NCBI GenBank assembly: GCA_051744345.1
Contig: JBNJCW010000002.1
Coordinates: 1,176 to 65,175, forward strand
DNA from: Actinomycetota bacterium
Lineage (GTDB): Bacteria > Actinomycetota > Humimicrobiia > Humimicrobiales > Humimicrobiaceae
Direction: 5' to 3'
DNA length: 64,000 nucleotides
Positions 40,468-51,786 of the stretch are shown here, in pieces. The notes beneath the pieces are model-generated. The model was not told where the DNA came from. It made no database searches and saw only the letters and a program-made list of their open reading frames with translations. A program made the position numbers and the translations under genes. Positions within the stretch are counted from its first letter, which is position 1; the number at the start of each line of letters is the position of its first letter.

Positions 40468-40493
40468 CAGGGAGCAGCATATGCTGCTCCCTG
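40468..40493 (-). terminator. Perfect 26-nt palindrome downstream of ppdK (hairpin terminator)
   Basis: CAGGGAGCAGCATATGCTGCTCCCTG lies immediately after the ppdK stop and is followed by a U-rich tract on the minus strand. Confidence 0.5.
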
Positions 40494-40499
40494 ATTGTA

Positions 40500-43121
40500 T
40501 TATGATTGTTCAGCTATATGGGCCTGGGCTGCAGCAAGCCTGGCTACCGGAACCCGGTAAGGAGAACAGCTTACATAGTCCATTCCTGCCTTGTAGCAGA
40601 ACTTAACAGAACTTGGATCCCCTCCGTGTTCACCGCATATGCCTATCTTTAAATTTTCCCTGGCAGCTCTTCCTTTCTCTATTCCCATCTTTACCAGCGG
40701 GCCTACCCCGTTAATATCGAGGGTAGCAAACGGGTCTTTTCCCAGTATGCCTTTTTCTATATAGGCAGGCAGAAATTTACCCACATCATCCCTGGAAAAG
40801 CCAAAGGTTAACTGGGTCAAGTCATTGGTGCCAAAGCTAAAGAATTCGGCTTCGGTCGCTATCTCGTCAGCTACCACACAAGCCCTGGGAACCTCTATCA
40901 TGGTTCCCACTTTATAATCAAATTTCAGGTTATTCTTCTCCATCAGGTCGTCTGCTATCTCTGTAATCTGGTCTTTTAGGATCTTGATTTCTGCAACTGT
41001 CCCTGCAAGCGGAATCATAATTTCCGGCTCTACCTTGACCCCTTCTCTGGTTAGCTCAAGCGCGGCCTCCAGGATAGCCCTTGCCTGCATCTCAAGAATC
41101 TCCGGATAAGTTATTGACAGCCTGCATCCCCTGTGGCCCAGCATAGGGTTCAATTCATGAAGTGCCTTTACAGTTGCTTTCAGCTCTGATGCCTCAATTC
41201 CGAGCTCACCTGCTATCTCCCGGATATCCTCATCCTCTGAAGGCAGGAACTCGTGCAGCGGGGGATCAAGGAGCCTTATGGTTACCGGTTTACCCTCCAT
41301 AACCTTGAAAATATCTATAAAATCCTGCTTCTGATAAGGCAGTATGGTCATTAAAGCCTTTCTTCTTTCCTCTTCGTTTGAAGCAACTATCATCTTCCTT
41401 ACTGCCTTTATCCTGTCTGCCTCAAAGAACATATGCTCGGTCCGGCACAATCCTATTCCTTCAGCCCCGAATTTTAAGGCTACTTCCGCATCATGGGGTG
41501 TATCAGCATTTGTTCTTACCCCCATCTTGCTGAATTCTTCGATCCATTCCATAAACAACTCAAAATTTCCGGAGATTTCCGGATCTACAACCTCAAGCTG
41601 GCCTAAAAATACCTCGCCGGTTGAACCGTCAAGTGTAATCCAATCCCCTTTGCTTATCTTTTGGCCGTCAGCTGTAAAGTATTTCTCATCAGCATAAACC
41701 TTTACATTCTCACAGCCCGCAACACAGCTCTTACCCATTCCTCTGGCCACTACCGCTGCATGTGAGGTCATACCCCCCCTGGAAGTAAGGATACCCTGGG
41801 CTACCGACATCCCTTCAATATCTTCAGGTGAAGTCTCTGTCCTTACCAGGATTACCGGCCCGTTTTCTGCTTCCTCTACCGCCTCATCAGCATCAAACAC
41901 AACTTTTCCCAGAGCAGCTCCTGGAGAAGCAGGAAGCCCTTTGGCAAGAAGCCGGGCATCCTCTTTGGCATCCTTGTCTATCTGCTTGTGCAGCAGCTGG
42001 TCCAGCTGCTGGGGCTCTACCCTCATTACTGCCGTCTTTTTGTCTATCAATCCATCTTTTTCCATATCTACTGCAATCTGCAGGGCGGCAGCTGCAGTCC
42101 TTTTTCCTGTCCTAGTCTGGAGTATATAAAGTTTTCCTTCCTGTATGGTAAACTCAAGGTCCTCCATCTCCCTGTAATGCTGTTCGAGCTTCTGGAATAC
42201 TTCCATAAGCTCGTCGTATATCTTGGGCATCTCTTCCTGCAGTTTGGTTATATCCTGGGGAGTTCTTATGCCTGCCACCACGTCTTCACCCTGAGCATTT
42301 ACCAGGTACTCTCCATATTCCTTGTTTTCCCCTGTAGACGGGTTCCTGGTAAAAGCAACTCCGGTTCCTGAATTGTCTCCCATATTCCCAAAAACCATGG
42401 TCTGTACGTTTACTGCGGTACCTATGCTATGGGGTATATCATGAAGATTTCTGTAGGTTATAGCCCTTTTATTATTCCATGAGCCGAATACTGCATCTAT
42501 GGACATCTGAAGCTGTTTCCTTGGATCCTGGGGAAAATCTTCTCCAGCCTCTTCCCTTATAATCTGCTTGTATCTTTTCACCAGCTCTTTTAAGTCATCT
42601 GCATCCAGGTCGGTATCAAATTCAGCTCCCTTTGCGTCCTTTATTTCCTGCATGGCTTCCTCAAATTTATCATGCTCCACTCCCATTACCACATCTCCGA
42701 ACATCTGTATAAACCTGCGGTAGGAGTCCCACCCGAACCGGTGGTTGCCTGTTTTTTTAATCAGGCCGTTTATGGTCCTGTCATTTAAACCCAGGTTAAG
42801 CACTGTATCCATCATTCCGGGCATGGATATGGCTGCTCCGGACCTCACCGATACCAGCAGGGGGTCCTCTTCATCTCCCAGTCTGAGCCCCATTTTTTCT
42901 TCCAGCCTTTTCAAAGCGCTGTCTATTTGTTCCTGGAGCCCTTCCGGGTATCTTTCGCCCAGTTCATAAAAAAGGTTACAAACCTCTGTGGTAATAGTAA
43001 AGCCGGGAGGTACCGGCAGACCTATGTTGGTCATCTCCGAAAGGTTTGCACCCTTACCTCCCAAAAGTTTTTTCATTTCCTTCTTGCCTTCACCAAAGAA
43101 ATATACGTATTTTTTTTCTGC
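40500..43121 (-). CDS. ppdK: Pyruvate, phosphate dikinase
   Basis: 881-aa ORF. Probable start MAEKKYVYFFGEG. Phosphohistidine domain GGMTSHAAVVARG and C-terminal PEP-utilising domain. Confidence 0.95.
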   Translation of the reverse strand, partial: AEKKYVYFFGEGKKEMKKLLGGKGANLSEMTNIGLPVPPGFTITTEVCNLFYELGERYPEGLQEQIDSALKRLEEKMGLRLGDEEDPLLVSVRSGAAISMPGMMDTVLNLGLNDRTINGLIKKTGNHRFGWDSYRRFIQMFGDVVMGVEHDKFEEAMQEIKDAKGAEFDTDLDADDLKELVKRYKQIIREEAGEDFPQDPRKQLQMSIDAVFGSWNNKRAITYRNLHDIPHSIGTAVNVQTMVFGNMGDNSGTGVAFTRNPSTGENKEYGEYLVNAQGEDVVAGIRTPQDITKLQEEMPKIYDELMEVFQKLEQHYREMEDLEFTIQEGKLYILQTRTGKRTAAAALQIAVDMEKDGLIDKKTAVMRVEPQQLDQLLHKQIDKDAKEDARLLAKGLPASPGAALGKVVFDADEAVEEAENGPVILVRTETSPEDIEGMSVAQGILTSRGGMTSHAAVVARGMGKSCVAGCENVKVYADEKYFTADGQKISKGDWITLDGSTGEVFLGQLEVVDPEISGNFELFMEWIEEFSKMGVRTNADTPHDAEVALKFGAEGIGLCRTEHMFFEADRIKAVRKMIVASNEEERRKALMTILPYQKQDFIDIFKVMEGKPVTIRLLDPPLHEFLPSEDEDIREIAGELGIEASELKATVKALHELNPMLGHRGCRLSITYPEILEMQARAILEAALELTREGVKVEPEIMIPLAGTVAEIKILKDQITEIADDLMEKNNLKFDYKVGTMIEVPRACVVADEIATEAEFFSFGTNDLTQLTFGFSRDDVGKFLPAYIEKGILGKDPFATLDINGVGPLVKMGIEKGRAARENLKIGICGEHGGDPSSVKFCYKAGMDYVSCSPYRVPVARLAAAQAHIAEQS

Positions 43122-43198
43122 CATTTTTGCCATCCCTTTCATCAAATTTTCTAATAATTATAAGGTTTTTTAACAGTTTTTTAAAACCCCGTAAAATC

Positions 43199-45289
43199 CT
43201 ATCCCTCTATTACCAGCTTCGAAAAATCAGCTATCCTAAAGTAAAGGTTTCGGGCAAATTTTACCAGGCTCATCCTGTTGGCTCTTACCCTGGGGTCCTC
43301 ATCCATCACCAGCACCCGGTCAAAAAACAGGTCAACGGTTTTGCCAAAATCCTCCAGCTTGAGCAAAACCCCGTAATAATCTTCCCTGCCGATTCTGCCG
43401 GCAATATCATCACTGAGCTTTAAAGCGGCTTCATAAAGCTTCCTTTCCTCTTCTTCGGTAAAAAGCTCCGGCTCCAGTTCAGGGATTTCTTTTCCCTTTA
43501 TTATATTCTGGCATCTTATCATGGGATTGGCCAGCAATTCTGCCTGCCTCTGCCCCATGTAGTTCTCCAGCGCCCTGTACCTTTTGTCTATACCGCTAAC
43601 AGAAGATATGCCTGCGCCAACAATAGCATCCGCCAGATCAAGCCTCTTTCCCTCCTTTTCCAGGTTGAACCTGTACCTTGCTAGGATAAAATCAAGTATC
43701 TTCTCTTCTAAGCCTTCCGGTTTCCTTAAGCCAAACCTGTCCTCATACAGGGATACTGCAAACCTGATAAGGGTTGATAGTTTAAGCGGATAGTCCTTTT
43801 TAAGTACCGAGGAAACGATACCTGCAGCCTTTCTCCTTAAGGCAAAAGGATCCTCGGAGCCTGTAGGTATGTTCTCCAGGAGGAACATACCGCAAATGGT
43901 GTCTATTTTATCAGCTACAGAAAGGATGGTTCCGGTATCATTGCCGGGCAGCAAATCCCCTGCAAACCGGGGAAGGTAATGCTCAAAAATCGCCCTGGCC
44001 ACTTCCGGATCCTCTCCTTTTTCCAGCGCATACTCCCTGCCTACAATCCCCTGGAGCTGCGGAAACTCAACCACCATATTGGTTACCAGGTCGCACTTGC
44101 ATATCCGGGCAGCCCTTACCAGGCTATCTTCTATTTCCGTTTTGTGGAGTTTTCCGGCCAGATAGGAAACTAATTCTTCAAGCCTGTCCACCTTGTCATA
44201 CATGCTCCCTATGCCCGAATAAAAAATTACCCCTTTGAGTTTTTCCAGCCACTGGCTAAAATCATGTTTTTTATCCTCTTCATAAAAGAAGGCGGCATCG
44301 CTTAACCTTGCCTCCAGCACCCTCTGATTTCCCTTGGTAATCTCTCCGCTTTCATCTCCCGGCCCGTTAGCCACTATTATAAAATTGGTGGTGACACCGC
44401 CCCCGCCATCTGCCACAGCAAAGTACTTCTGGTGGTATTCAATTGCCTTAATCAGTATATCCTTGGGGATATAGAGGTATCGGGCAGAAAAGCTGCCTGC
44501 CAGAACACGGGGATGCTCTACCAGGTTGGCCACTTCATCAAGCAAATCAGCATCCAGCAGAACTTTCTTCTCTCCGTTCCACAGTTTCCTTTCCATCTTA
44601 TGGATGGAGTCAACTATGATTTTTTTCCTCCTGGCCGGATCAATAATGACCCCGCCTTTGCCTTCCAGAAGCTCCATATATTTCCCTGCATTTTCTACCT
44701 CCAGCCGGCATTGGGCCAGGCAGCGAAGGCCGTGGGTATAGCTTTGGGTTTTCAGGTTCTCAAGCTCAAAACCTATAAGCTGGCTTCCCAGCAGGGCCAG
44801 AATCCACCTTATAGGCCTGGCAAACTTAAGGCTGTAATTTCCCCAGGCCATCTGCTTGGAGAAGTTAATCTCGGTTATGCTTTCTTTCAGTATATCCGGC
44901 AGTACCTCGATTGTCCGCTTACCCTCTTCGGGTATGGTTTTCCCCATGTATGTGCCCCTGTCGGTTTCAATCTCTTCCAGCTGGGATACATCCAGTTTAA
45001 GGCTCCCGGCAAAGCCTTCGGCTGCCTTGGTGGGTTTGCCGTCAGCATCAAAAGCAATTTTTTTGGGAGGGCCAATTATTACCCTGTTATGGGATTTTTG
45101 CACCTCGCTTACGCCTTCCAGAACCGCGGCAAGCCTCCTCGGTGTGCCGTAAGTATCTATGGAAGAAAAAGATATCCTCTCAGCTTCAAGCTTCCGGCAT
45201 AGAATCTTCTCTAACTGGTCCACCCCTTCAACTATGCATGAAGAAGGGAGCTCTTCTGTTCCTATCTCAAATACCAGTTTCTTACCCAT
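43199..45289 (-). CDS. glyS: Glycine--tRNA ligase beta subunit
   Basis: 696 aa. Overlaps glyQ by 8 nt, giving the typical glyQS operon. Confidence 0.95.
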   Translation of the reverse strand: MGKKLVFEIGTEELPSSCIVEGVDQLEKILCRKLEAERISFSSIDTYGTPRRLAAVLEGVSEVQKSHNRVIIGPPKKIAFDADGKPTKAAEGFAGSLKLDVSQLEEIETDRGTYMGKTIPEEGKRTIEVLPDILKESITEINFSKQMAWGNYSLKFARPIRWILALLGSQLIGFELENLKTQSYTHGLRCLAQCRLEVENAGKYMELLEGKGGVIIDPARRKKIIVDSIHKMERKLWNGEKKVLLDADLLDEVANLVEHPRVLAGSFSARYLYIPKDILIKAIEYHQKYFAVADGGGGVTTNFIIVANGPGDESGEITKGNQRVLEARLSDAAFFYEEDKKHDFSQWLEKLKGVIFYSGIGSMYDKVDRLEELVSYLAGKLHKTEIEDSLVRAARICKCDLVTNMVVEFPQLQGIVGREYALEKGEDPEVARAIFEHYLPRFAGDLLPGNDTGTILSVADKIDTICGMFLLENIPTGSEDPFALRRKAAGIVSSVLKKDYPLKLSTLIRFAVSLYEDRFGLRKPEGLEEKILDFILARYRFNLEKEGKRLDLADAIVGAGISSVSGIDKRYRALENYMGQRQAELLANPMIRCQNIIKGKEIPELEPELFTEEEERKLYEAALKLSDDIAGRIGREDYYGVLLKLEDFGKTVDLFFDRVLVMDEDPRVRANRMSLVKFARNLYFRIADFSKLVIEG

Positions 45290-46157
45290 TATCCTTTATC
45301 AGGGGAAAACCCAGTTCCTTTCTTTGTTTTATATACGCATTACATAATTTCTTGGCCAAATTCCTCACCCGGGCGATATAAGAGGTCCTTTCGGCAACAC
45401 TTATCGCCTCCCTGGCGTCAAGCAGGTTGAATACATGGGAACATTTAAGCACATACTCACAGGCTACAAACACAAGATCCTTTTTAATGGTCCGGTAAAA
45501 CTCATTCTCAAATTTTTCAAAAAGGTCTAAAAGCATATCCACGTCAGCCAACTCAAAATTATAGACACACCACTGTTTTTCAGATTCAAGCGAAACATCA
45601 GCATAGGTAATACCATCATTCCAGTTAAGGTCCCAAAAGCTGTCCTTATCCTGAAGATACATGGCAATCCTCTCCAGCCCGTAGGTAAGCTCCGCAGACA
45701 CCGGCTTTAGCGGAATGCCGCCCATCTGCTGAAAATAGGTAAACTGGGTTATTTCCATTCCGTCCGCCCATACCTCCCAGCCAAGGCCGGCAGCACCTAT
45801 GGTAGGGGAAGCCCAATCGTCTTCCACCAGCCTTATGTCATGCCTCCCTATGTCAATGCCCAGGCATTCCAGAGAGCCGAGGTAGAGATCAATGACATCA
45901 TCGGGAGACGGCTTGAGCAGTACCTGGTACTGGTAATAGAACTGGCTCCGGAAAGGGTTCTGGCCGTACCTTCCATCGGTAGGCCTCCTTGACGGCTCCA
46001 CATAAGCAACATTCCACGGCTCAGGGCCCAAACACCTTAGAAAAGTATCGGGATTAAAGGTACCTGCCCCCTTTTCCAAATCAAGGGGCTGCCTGATTAT
46101 ACAGCCTTTGCCGCTCCAGTATTTTTGAAGGCTAAAAATTATATCCTGAAAATTCAT
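45282..46157 (-). CDS. glyQ: Glycine--tRNA ligase alpha subunit
   Basis: Start [19 protein letters not shown], 291 aa. Confidence 0.95.
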   Translation of the reverse strand: MNFQDIIFSLQKYWSGKGCIIRQPLDLEKGAGTFNPDTFLRCLGPEPWNVAYVEPSRRPTDGRYGQNPFRSQFYYQYQVLLKPSPDDVIDLYLGSLECLGIDIGRHDIRLVEDDWASPTIGAAGLGWEVWADGMEITQFTYFQQMGGIPLKPVSAELTYGLERIAMYLQDKDSFWDLNWNDGITYADVSLESEKQWCVYNFELADVDMLLDLFEKFENEFYRTIKKDLVFVACEYVLKCSHVFNLLDAREAISVAERTSYIARVRNLAKKLCNAYIKQRKELGFPLIKDNG

Positions 46158-46219
46158 AATCTACCATTGTAATAACTATGGTGGCAAACGTCAATTAAGA
46201 ATTGGGGCCCTTGCAGCAG

Positions 46220-46534
46220 TTACCACCACGTATCGTAAAACCTTTCCCTGTGGTATTTGTTATACTCCCCTTCCTCGACGATCCTTACCTTTTGCCTGGC
46301 AAAGGATATGGGGTATCTGTAGCAGTAGTCCAGAAGTATTTTGTAGCAGTTATTTATATGCTTGAACTTTTCTTCAAACTGCTTCCTCTCCTCTGGAGCA
46401 TTGCCTTTATCCGGATGGTACTTAAGGGATAGTTCCCTGTATGCCTTCTTTATATCCTCCATGGTGCATACCTCTTTTAGGCCCAGCGCTTTTCTTGCCT
46501 TTTCAATATCTTCAAAATCAACAGCTTTTTTCAT
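46220..46534 (-). CDS. Small J-domain (DnaJ-like) protein
   Basis: The motif YRELSLKYHPDKG contains HPD. 104 aa. Confidence 0.7.
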   Translation of the reverse strand: MKKAVDFEDIEKARKALGLKEVCTMEDIKKAYRELSLKYHPDKGNAPEERKQFEEKFKHINNCYKILLDYCYRYPISFARQKVRIVEEGEYNKYHRERFYDTWW

Positions 46535-46651
46535 GTCTTTTTACCTTAAATAATTCTGCTTACATTATTTTACCTGCCGTTCGTAACTTAAACGGACAGT
46601 TATTTATAATAAAAGATAAACCAATTTAGGAAAAGTTTACAGCCTCCTTTA

Positions 46652-47431
46652 TCATAGGCCAATTTTTTTAAGGTACCTGAAGCTGTCCAGGCTGCAATCA
46701 GTATGGTATATAATATAATTTTCTAAAAACCTGTACACCTTATTTAAAGCATGTTTGTCCACTTCCCTATCCCTTACCTGTTCAATCTTAAGGTTGAACA
46801 GGCCCTTAAAAAATTTGAAGCTTTCAGGAGCCAGACGTGTATTTGCCTCCCTCCCGGAAGCGCAATCCGGACATAGTATCCCCCCCAGCCTTACCGATAC
46901 AGGTATCCTTCTGTCCCCAGCAGGAGCCTTTTGCAGGTTAGCATTGCATCTTGAACATGAATCAAACAATGGGGCATAGCCGGTAACCGAAAGGAACCTG
47001 GCCATAAAAAAACACACAATCTTTTTCAGTCCCGGGATATCCTCATTATGGCAGGCATCTATCTCCCTCAGGCATATGTATATAAGTTTAAAAAGGTCTT
47101 CGCAGGGCCCGCTGGCCTCTGTCTGGGTTTTTAACACAATCTTTGCTATAAGGCCGCAGAAAACAAACTTATTGAAATCAGAGGATATATTTTTAAAACT
47201 CTCAATTATTTCAGCCTGGGTAATTATATCCAAAGACCTTCCCCTGGCCATTTCCAGATCCACCAGGTTAAAAAGGCCTATCCGTGCCCCGAACCTGCTT
47301 TTGGGCTTTCTGGCTCCCCTGGCCACTCCGCTTAAAACCCCCTGGTGCTGGGAATACATCTTTAGTATCTTATCATAATCTCCCAGGCTGTATCCCTTAA
47401 GTATTAAAGCCTTGGCCTTATACGAAGACAT
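46652..47431 (-). CDS. recO: DNA repair protein RecO
   Basis: Start set at MSSYKAKALILKGYSLGDYD. The ORF track's 27-aa N-terminal extension would overlap deoC. C-terminal zinc motif CSRC...CPDC. Confidence 0.85.
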   Translation of the reverse strand: MSSYKAKALILKGYSLGDYDKILKMYSQHQGVLSGVARGARKPKSRFGARIGLFNLVDLEMARGRSLDIITQAEIIESFKNISSDFNKFVFCGLIAKIVLKTQTEASGPCEDLFKLIYICLREIDACHNEDIPGLKKIVCFFMARFLSVTGYAPLFDSCSRCNANLQKAPAGDRRIPVSVRLGGILCPDCASGREANTRLAPESFKFFKGLFNLKIEQVRDREVDKHALNKVYRFLENYIIYHTDCSLDSFRYLKKIGL

Positions 47432-47432
47432 C

Positions 47433-48143
47433 TTATTTGTCGAAATAGCTGGAGTATTCTTCCATGATGGACATTCCGCTGCTGGTCCCCAGCCTTGTAG
47501 CTCCGGCATCAATCAGTGCCTGGGCATCCGCAAATGTCCGTATGCCCCCCGATGCCTTAACCCCTATGTTCCTGGTAACCACTTCCCTTATAAGGCGGAT
47601 ATCGTCAAGCTCAACCCCCCGCACGCCGAACCCGGTGGAGGTTTCTATAAAATCAGCGCCTGCCTCCTCTATTATCTTGCAGACCTTTTTGATTTCCTCC
47701 TTGGTAAGGACTCCGGTCTCTATTATAAATTTAATATTGATATGCTTATTATATTCGGCCATCTGCTCTCTTCGTATAACGCTTACTATAAGGCTTATCT
47801 CCCTTTCAATATAATCATAATTACCGCCTTTCAAAGCCCCCAGGTTTATAACCGCATCAAGCTCATCTGCTCCCTTCTTAACATTATCCCTGGCTTCAAA
47901 TACCTTGGTCTCAATGGTATTTGATCCCATGGGAAAGCCGACCATCGAGCATATCTTAACATCGGTTCCCCTAAGCAGGTTTTTGGTAGTAACAATAAAA
48001 GAGGGGCTGACGGTCACAGCTGCAAAGTGCTGTTTTCTGGCTTCCCTGCACAGTTGCTCAATATTTTTTATAGTCGTTATGGGCCTTAGCAATGTCTGGT
48101 CGATTGTCTTTGCCAGTTGTTCTTTGGTTAACGTTTTAATCAC
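47433..48143 (-). CDS. deoC: Deoxyribose-phosphate aldolase
   Basis: 236 aa. Contains VKASGGIRT (Schiff-base Lys region) and the DeoC fold. Confidence 0.9.
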   Translation of the reverse strand: MIKTLTKEQLAKTIDQTLLRPITTIKNIEQLCREARKQHFAAVTVSPSFIVTTKNLLRGTDVKICSMVGFPMGSNTIETKVFEARDNVKKGADELDAVINLGALKGGNYDYIEREISLIVSVIRREQMAEYNKHINIKFIIETGVLTKEEIKKVCKIIEEAGADFIETSTGFGVRGVELDDIRLIREVVTRNIGVKASGGIRTFADAQALIDAGATRLGTSSGMSIMEEYSSYFDK

Positions 48144-48163
48144 CCAACCTTGTATATTAATTA

Positions 48164-49063
48164 TTAATAATAGCCAAATTTCTTGAGCATGGATTCATTC
48201 CTGGTCCAGTTTTCTTCAACCTTAACCCACAGCTCCACAAACACCTTACAGCCGAAGAGGTCTTCGAGTTCTTTCCTTGCCTGTTTCCCTGCTTCTTTTA
48301 ATACCCTCCCTGATTTTCCAATCACTATGGCTTTCTGAGATTCTTTTTCAGTAAAGATTTCTGCAGATATCTTTATCAGGCGCTCACCTTTGCCGGTACG
48401 GGTCTCATTGGCGATATCAACCATTACGCTTATCCGGTGGGGCAGTTCCTGTAGGAGATTTGAAGCCAGTTTTTCCCTTATTATGTCTGCAACCATCATC
48501 TCTGCAGGCTGATCGGTTACCGCATCATCCTCAAAATATTTCGGCCCCTCGGGGAGCCTTTCTTTTACGGCCTCCAGGCAGGCAGGGATATTATAGCCTG
48601 TCTTTGCAGATACAGGGATTACCTTCTCAAAAAAATCAGGAGGTACCTTTTCCTTTTCTCCCTCAAGCTTTTCCCTGGATACCAAATCCACCTTGTTTAA
48701 CAGCAGTATTTTGGGCTGCTTCCTGTACCTTAAACTATCAAACACAAAAAAATCTCCGCCGCCTATACCTCCGGCAACATCAACCATGGCAAGCAGTATA
48801 TCTGCATCGCTTATGACATCATGCACCACCCGGTTAAGTTTTTTCCCGAAAAGGTCACGGGGCTTGAAAAAACCCGGGCAGTCAACAAAGATGATTTGTG
48901 AATCAGCATCGCTGTATATGCAGTTTACCCTCTGCCTGGTGGTCTGGGGCCTGTCAGTTATGATAACTACCTTCTGTTTAAGCACGCTGTTTATAAAAGT
49001 TGATTTTCCTACATTGGTTCTTCCAATTAACCCTGCAAATCCTGACCTAAATCCTTTTACCAT
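48164..49063 (-). CDS. era: GTPase Era
   Basis: G1 motif GRTNVGKST, DCPG, NKVD, and C-terminal KH domain. Confidence 0.95.
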   Translation of the reverse strand: MVKGFRSGFAGLIGRTNVGKSTFINSVLKQKVVIITDRPQTTRQRVNCIYSDADSQIIFVDCPGFFKPRDLFGKKLNRVVHDVISDADILLAMVDVAGGIGGGDFFVFDSLRYRKQPKILLLNKVDLVSREKLEGEKEKVPPDFFEKVIPVSAKTGYNIPACLEAVKERLPEGPKYFEDDAVTDQPAEMMVADIIREKLASNLLQELPHRISVMVDIANETRTGKGERLIKISAEIFTEKESQKAIVIGKSGRVLKEAGKQARKELEDLFGCKVFVELWVKVEENWTRNESMLKKFGYY

Positions 49064-49123
49064 AATCCCTTTTAGAAAAAAAATATACCTATATTAAATT
49101 TTACAATATCTGTCAAACACAAT

Positions 49124-49624
49124 CTATTGCCCAAAAAGCTCAAACTTTTTTCCTACATCCTCCAGCATGGAGTCCTGTATTTCAAACATCTTCTCCTTCT
49201 CTTCTTTCAGCTCGTGGTCATAACCATACATATGCAGAAAACCGTGTATGATAAGCAAAAAAAGCTCCAGGTTGAGGTTCCAGCTCCCCTTTTGGCTGCT
49301 GGCATTGTCTCCGGCTACTGCAGGGCATATGATTATTTCCCCCAGGGTATAGAAACCATGGGTTTCCTTGTTCCTGCCGATAACATCTTCAATATCCGGC
49401 TCATCTTTTTCAGACAGGTAAGAGAAGGAAAGGACATCGGTTTCGGTATCTTTTTGCCTGTACTGCTTGTTTAGCTGCCTTATCTGCCGGCGGGGCACAA
49501 AAATTATGTTGACCTCGCATTTTCTGTCCCGGTCAAATTTATCCGAAATATAGGCGGCTGCCTGTTCTATAAGCTCCAGGTTAAGGGGGATATCGTCCTG
49601 CTGGTTTAATACATTTACCTTCAT
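49124..49624 (-). CDS. ybeY: Endoribonuclease YbeY
   Basis: HGFLHMYGYDH metal-binding motif. Confidence 0.9.
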   Translation of the reverse strand: MKVNVLNQQDDIPLNLELIEQAAAYISDKFDRDRKCEVNIIFVPRRQIRQLNKQYRQKDTETDVLSFSYLSEKDEPDIEDVIGRNKETHGFYTLGEIIICPAVAGDNASSQKGSWNLNLELFLLIIHGFLHMYGYDHELKEEKEKMFEIQDSMLEDVGKKFELFGQ

Positions 49625-51786
49625 TTTCTGGCTTCCACGCTTTCCTTGGCCGGTTCAGGATAGGTGATTCTGGAATGGTGTATGGAAATGAGGCCATCTA
49701 TCAGGCTGTTTTTGACCTTCTCTATCTCTTTTAAGGTTATGTTTGCCTCACTAAGCTGGCCGTCATTTATCTTGTCTTCCACTATATCGCTTACCATCTG
49801 CTCAATTTTCTTTGGGGTCATCTTGTCTATTGACCTTATGGCAGCTTCTGTAGAATCAGCAAGCATAAGCACCGCTGCTTCCCTGGTCTGGGGCTTTTTG
49901 GAAGGATACCTGAAATGGCCTTTGAGGCCATTTCCTGAGCCATTAGCAGTTTTAATGGCATCCATCCCTTTTTGTTTTTCATAAAAATAGGAAATTACGG
50001 AATTGCCGTGGTGCTGGGATATGATTTCTATTACTTTTTTGGGAATCTTATTCTTTATGGCTACCTCCACCCCGTCCTTTATATGGTTGGCAATTATATT
50101 TCTGCTCATGGAAGGGTTGAGCCTGTCATGTATATTCTGTATATCTGCCTGGTTTTCATAGAAATATTCAGGCCTTTTCATCTTACCCAGGTCATGATAG
50201 AGGGCAGCAACCTTGACCAGGAGGGCATCCGCCCCTATGGCCTTTGCCGCATTCTCCGCCAGGTGGCCTACCAGCAAGCTGTGGTTATAGGTTCCCGGAG
50301 AAGATATGAGCAGCTCTTTTAACAGCGGCTGGTCAGTATGGGACAGCTCCAGCAATCCCATGGCAGTAACAATATTAAATGTAGACTCAATAAATGGCAG
50401 CAGCCCTATGGTAAGTATGGCACAGATTATCCCGTTTAAAACACCCAGCATGGTATAAAGGGCTATGTTCTGCAGCTCCCCGCCAATCAGGTTAACGGTA
50501 AGGAATAAGAATCCCAGCATCAGGGAACTTATAAATCCCGCCCTCATAACCGTTGAGCGCTGCGAGATATTTGACACAAGGTAAGTGGAAAATATTGCCC
50601 CTAAAAGGTAAGCGACAGTTATGCTGAAATCAAAATCGGTAGCAATACCCAAGAATGCAGACATGGAAATAGCCAGCATTATGGCAAGACGGGAATCAAA
50701 TATTATGGTACACAGCATTGCTGCAGCTATAACCGGGAAAAGATAATTCCATAAAGGCAGGTGGATGGAAGAAAGTACAGTAAGCACCTTTATTATGCCT
50801 GTAAAAATTACAAGTATTATGGATATAAGCAGCAGTTTCTTGATATTGTCATAAACATTACGGTTAAATTTTTGTATATAAAAGCCAAACAGGTAAAGGG
50901 CAGTAAAAGCTATGAATAAAATGTAGAGGAACCTCTTCCAGTTAAAATCCCTTTCCATCAGGCCCAGCCTCTGGAGGATGGCGATATCCTCGCTGCTTAC
51001 TATTTCGCCTTCATAGACAATGGTCTGGCCCTCCAGTATTGTAACCATAGCCGGCGGAGTATCCATCCTGGCCTCCAGTCTCGCCCTCTGGGTTGCCTCT
51101 GGATTGAAAACAGCTGTGGGCTGTATGTTCTGCTCTAGCACACTGATAGCCAGAGGGATATAGTCAGGTGGTATGTCATCGTCCCTTGCCATATCGGCAG
51201 CCTGCTGCCTGGCCAAATCAAGCTCATTGGGCCTGATGGCCTGCCTCATAACCTCCCGGGCAATATCCTGTGTCCTGGTATTGAGCAGCTCCCTCTCCTC
51301 AACACTTAACCTCAGGGCAATGGATATTACCGATGCCGGGTAGCGGTTCCCGGTAAGATTGTTAAGATAATCTACCTTTTCTTCAAATGTCCTCTCTGTT
51401 TTCTTCTGCACTATGCCTGCAAGGTTGAAAAAGTATCTGATACTGTAAAGGGTGCCGTTTTCCCCGGTTAAGGCATCCGCATCATAAGCATACGCATCCT
51501 CTACCGCTGCCTCATTCCTGAGCATGTTTTCTTCTGTTATTGCAGGGTCCTCAAACTCCAAATTCCTGTTGGCTTTAATAGTGCGGGGAGCAGGCCTGCC
51601 CGCCTCTATGTTTATATTGGGAGTAAAATCATAAGCAAGCATAACCACTACAACCGCCAGGGTCAGGACAAATATATACATCCTTTTTGCCATAGGGCTA
51701 AAGAACCAGCTTTGCTTGGGGCCGTTTTCCCCGGACTTGATTATTTCCTTGGTTTTATTTTTTATTTTATTCTTTTTTGCTATCAT
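49621..51786 (-). CDS. pgpH: 7TM receptor with intracellular HD hydrolase (PgpH/YqfF, c-di-AMP phosphodiesterase family)
   Basis: Multiple TM helices. HD motif HSLLVGHLAENAAKAIGADALLVKVAALYHDLGK. Start uncertain (M22 or M53 of the track ORF); the upstream ATG would overlap phoH. Confidence 0.85.
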   Translation of the reverse strand: MIAKKNKIKNKTKEIIKSGENGPKQSWFFSPMAKRMYIFVLTLAVVVVMLAYDFTPNINIEAGRPAPRTIKANRNLEFEDPAITEENMLRNEAAVEDAYAYDADALTGENGTLYSIRYFFNLAGIVQKKTERTFEEKVDYLNNLTGNRYPASVISIALRLSVEERELLNTRTQDIAREVMRQAIRPNELDLARQQAADMARDDDIPPDYIPLAISVLEQNIQPTAVFNPEATQRARLEARMDTPPAMVTILEGQTIVYEGEIVSSEDIAILQRLGLMERDFNWKRFLYILFIAFTALYLFGFYIQKFNRNVYDNIKKLLLISIILVIFTGIIKVLTVLSSIHLPLWNYLFPVIAAAMLCTIIFDSRLAIMLAISMSAFLGIATDFDFSITVAYLLGAIFSTYLVSNISQRSTVMRAGFISSLMLGFLFLTVNLIGGELQNIALYTMLGVLNGIICAILTIGLLPFIESTFNIVTAMGLLELSHTDQPLLKELLISSPGTYNHSLLVGHLAENAAKAIGADALLVKVAALYHDLGKMKRPEYFYENQADIQNIHDRLNPSMSRNIIANHIKDGVEVAIKNKIPKKVIEIISQHHGNSVISYFYEKQKGMDAIKTANGSGNGLKGHFRYPSKKPQTREAAVLMLADSTEAAIRSIDKMTPKKIEQMVSDIVEDKINDGQLSEANITLKEIEKVKNSLIDGLISIHHSRITYPEPAKESVEARK

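Noticed and set aside
44432-45202. Long antisense ORFs inside glyS, dnaJ (55281-56168), ppdK (41344-42371), pgpH, hrcA and thiM (60230-60802)
   Set aside because: These are shadow ORFs on the opposite strand of well-supported conserved genes, with low-complexity translations and no start signals.
46158-46651. T-box leader upstream of glyQ
   Set aside because: The glyQ upstream region is occupied by a bona fide J-domain protein gene (HPD motif) only 62 bp away. No specifier-loop or T-box consensus is seen.
46652-47512. N-terminally extended ORF-track versions of RecO, and similarly of PpdK, PgpH, HIT, MtaB, AKR and the LPXTG protein
   Set aside because: The extensions overlap upstream genes or lack an RBS. 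An internal Met with conserved N-terminal motifs (MSSYKAKALIL, MAEKKYVYFFG, MDCLFCKI, MDKFYTHTLGCKVNQ, MKKIKFG) gives the standard start.
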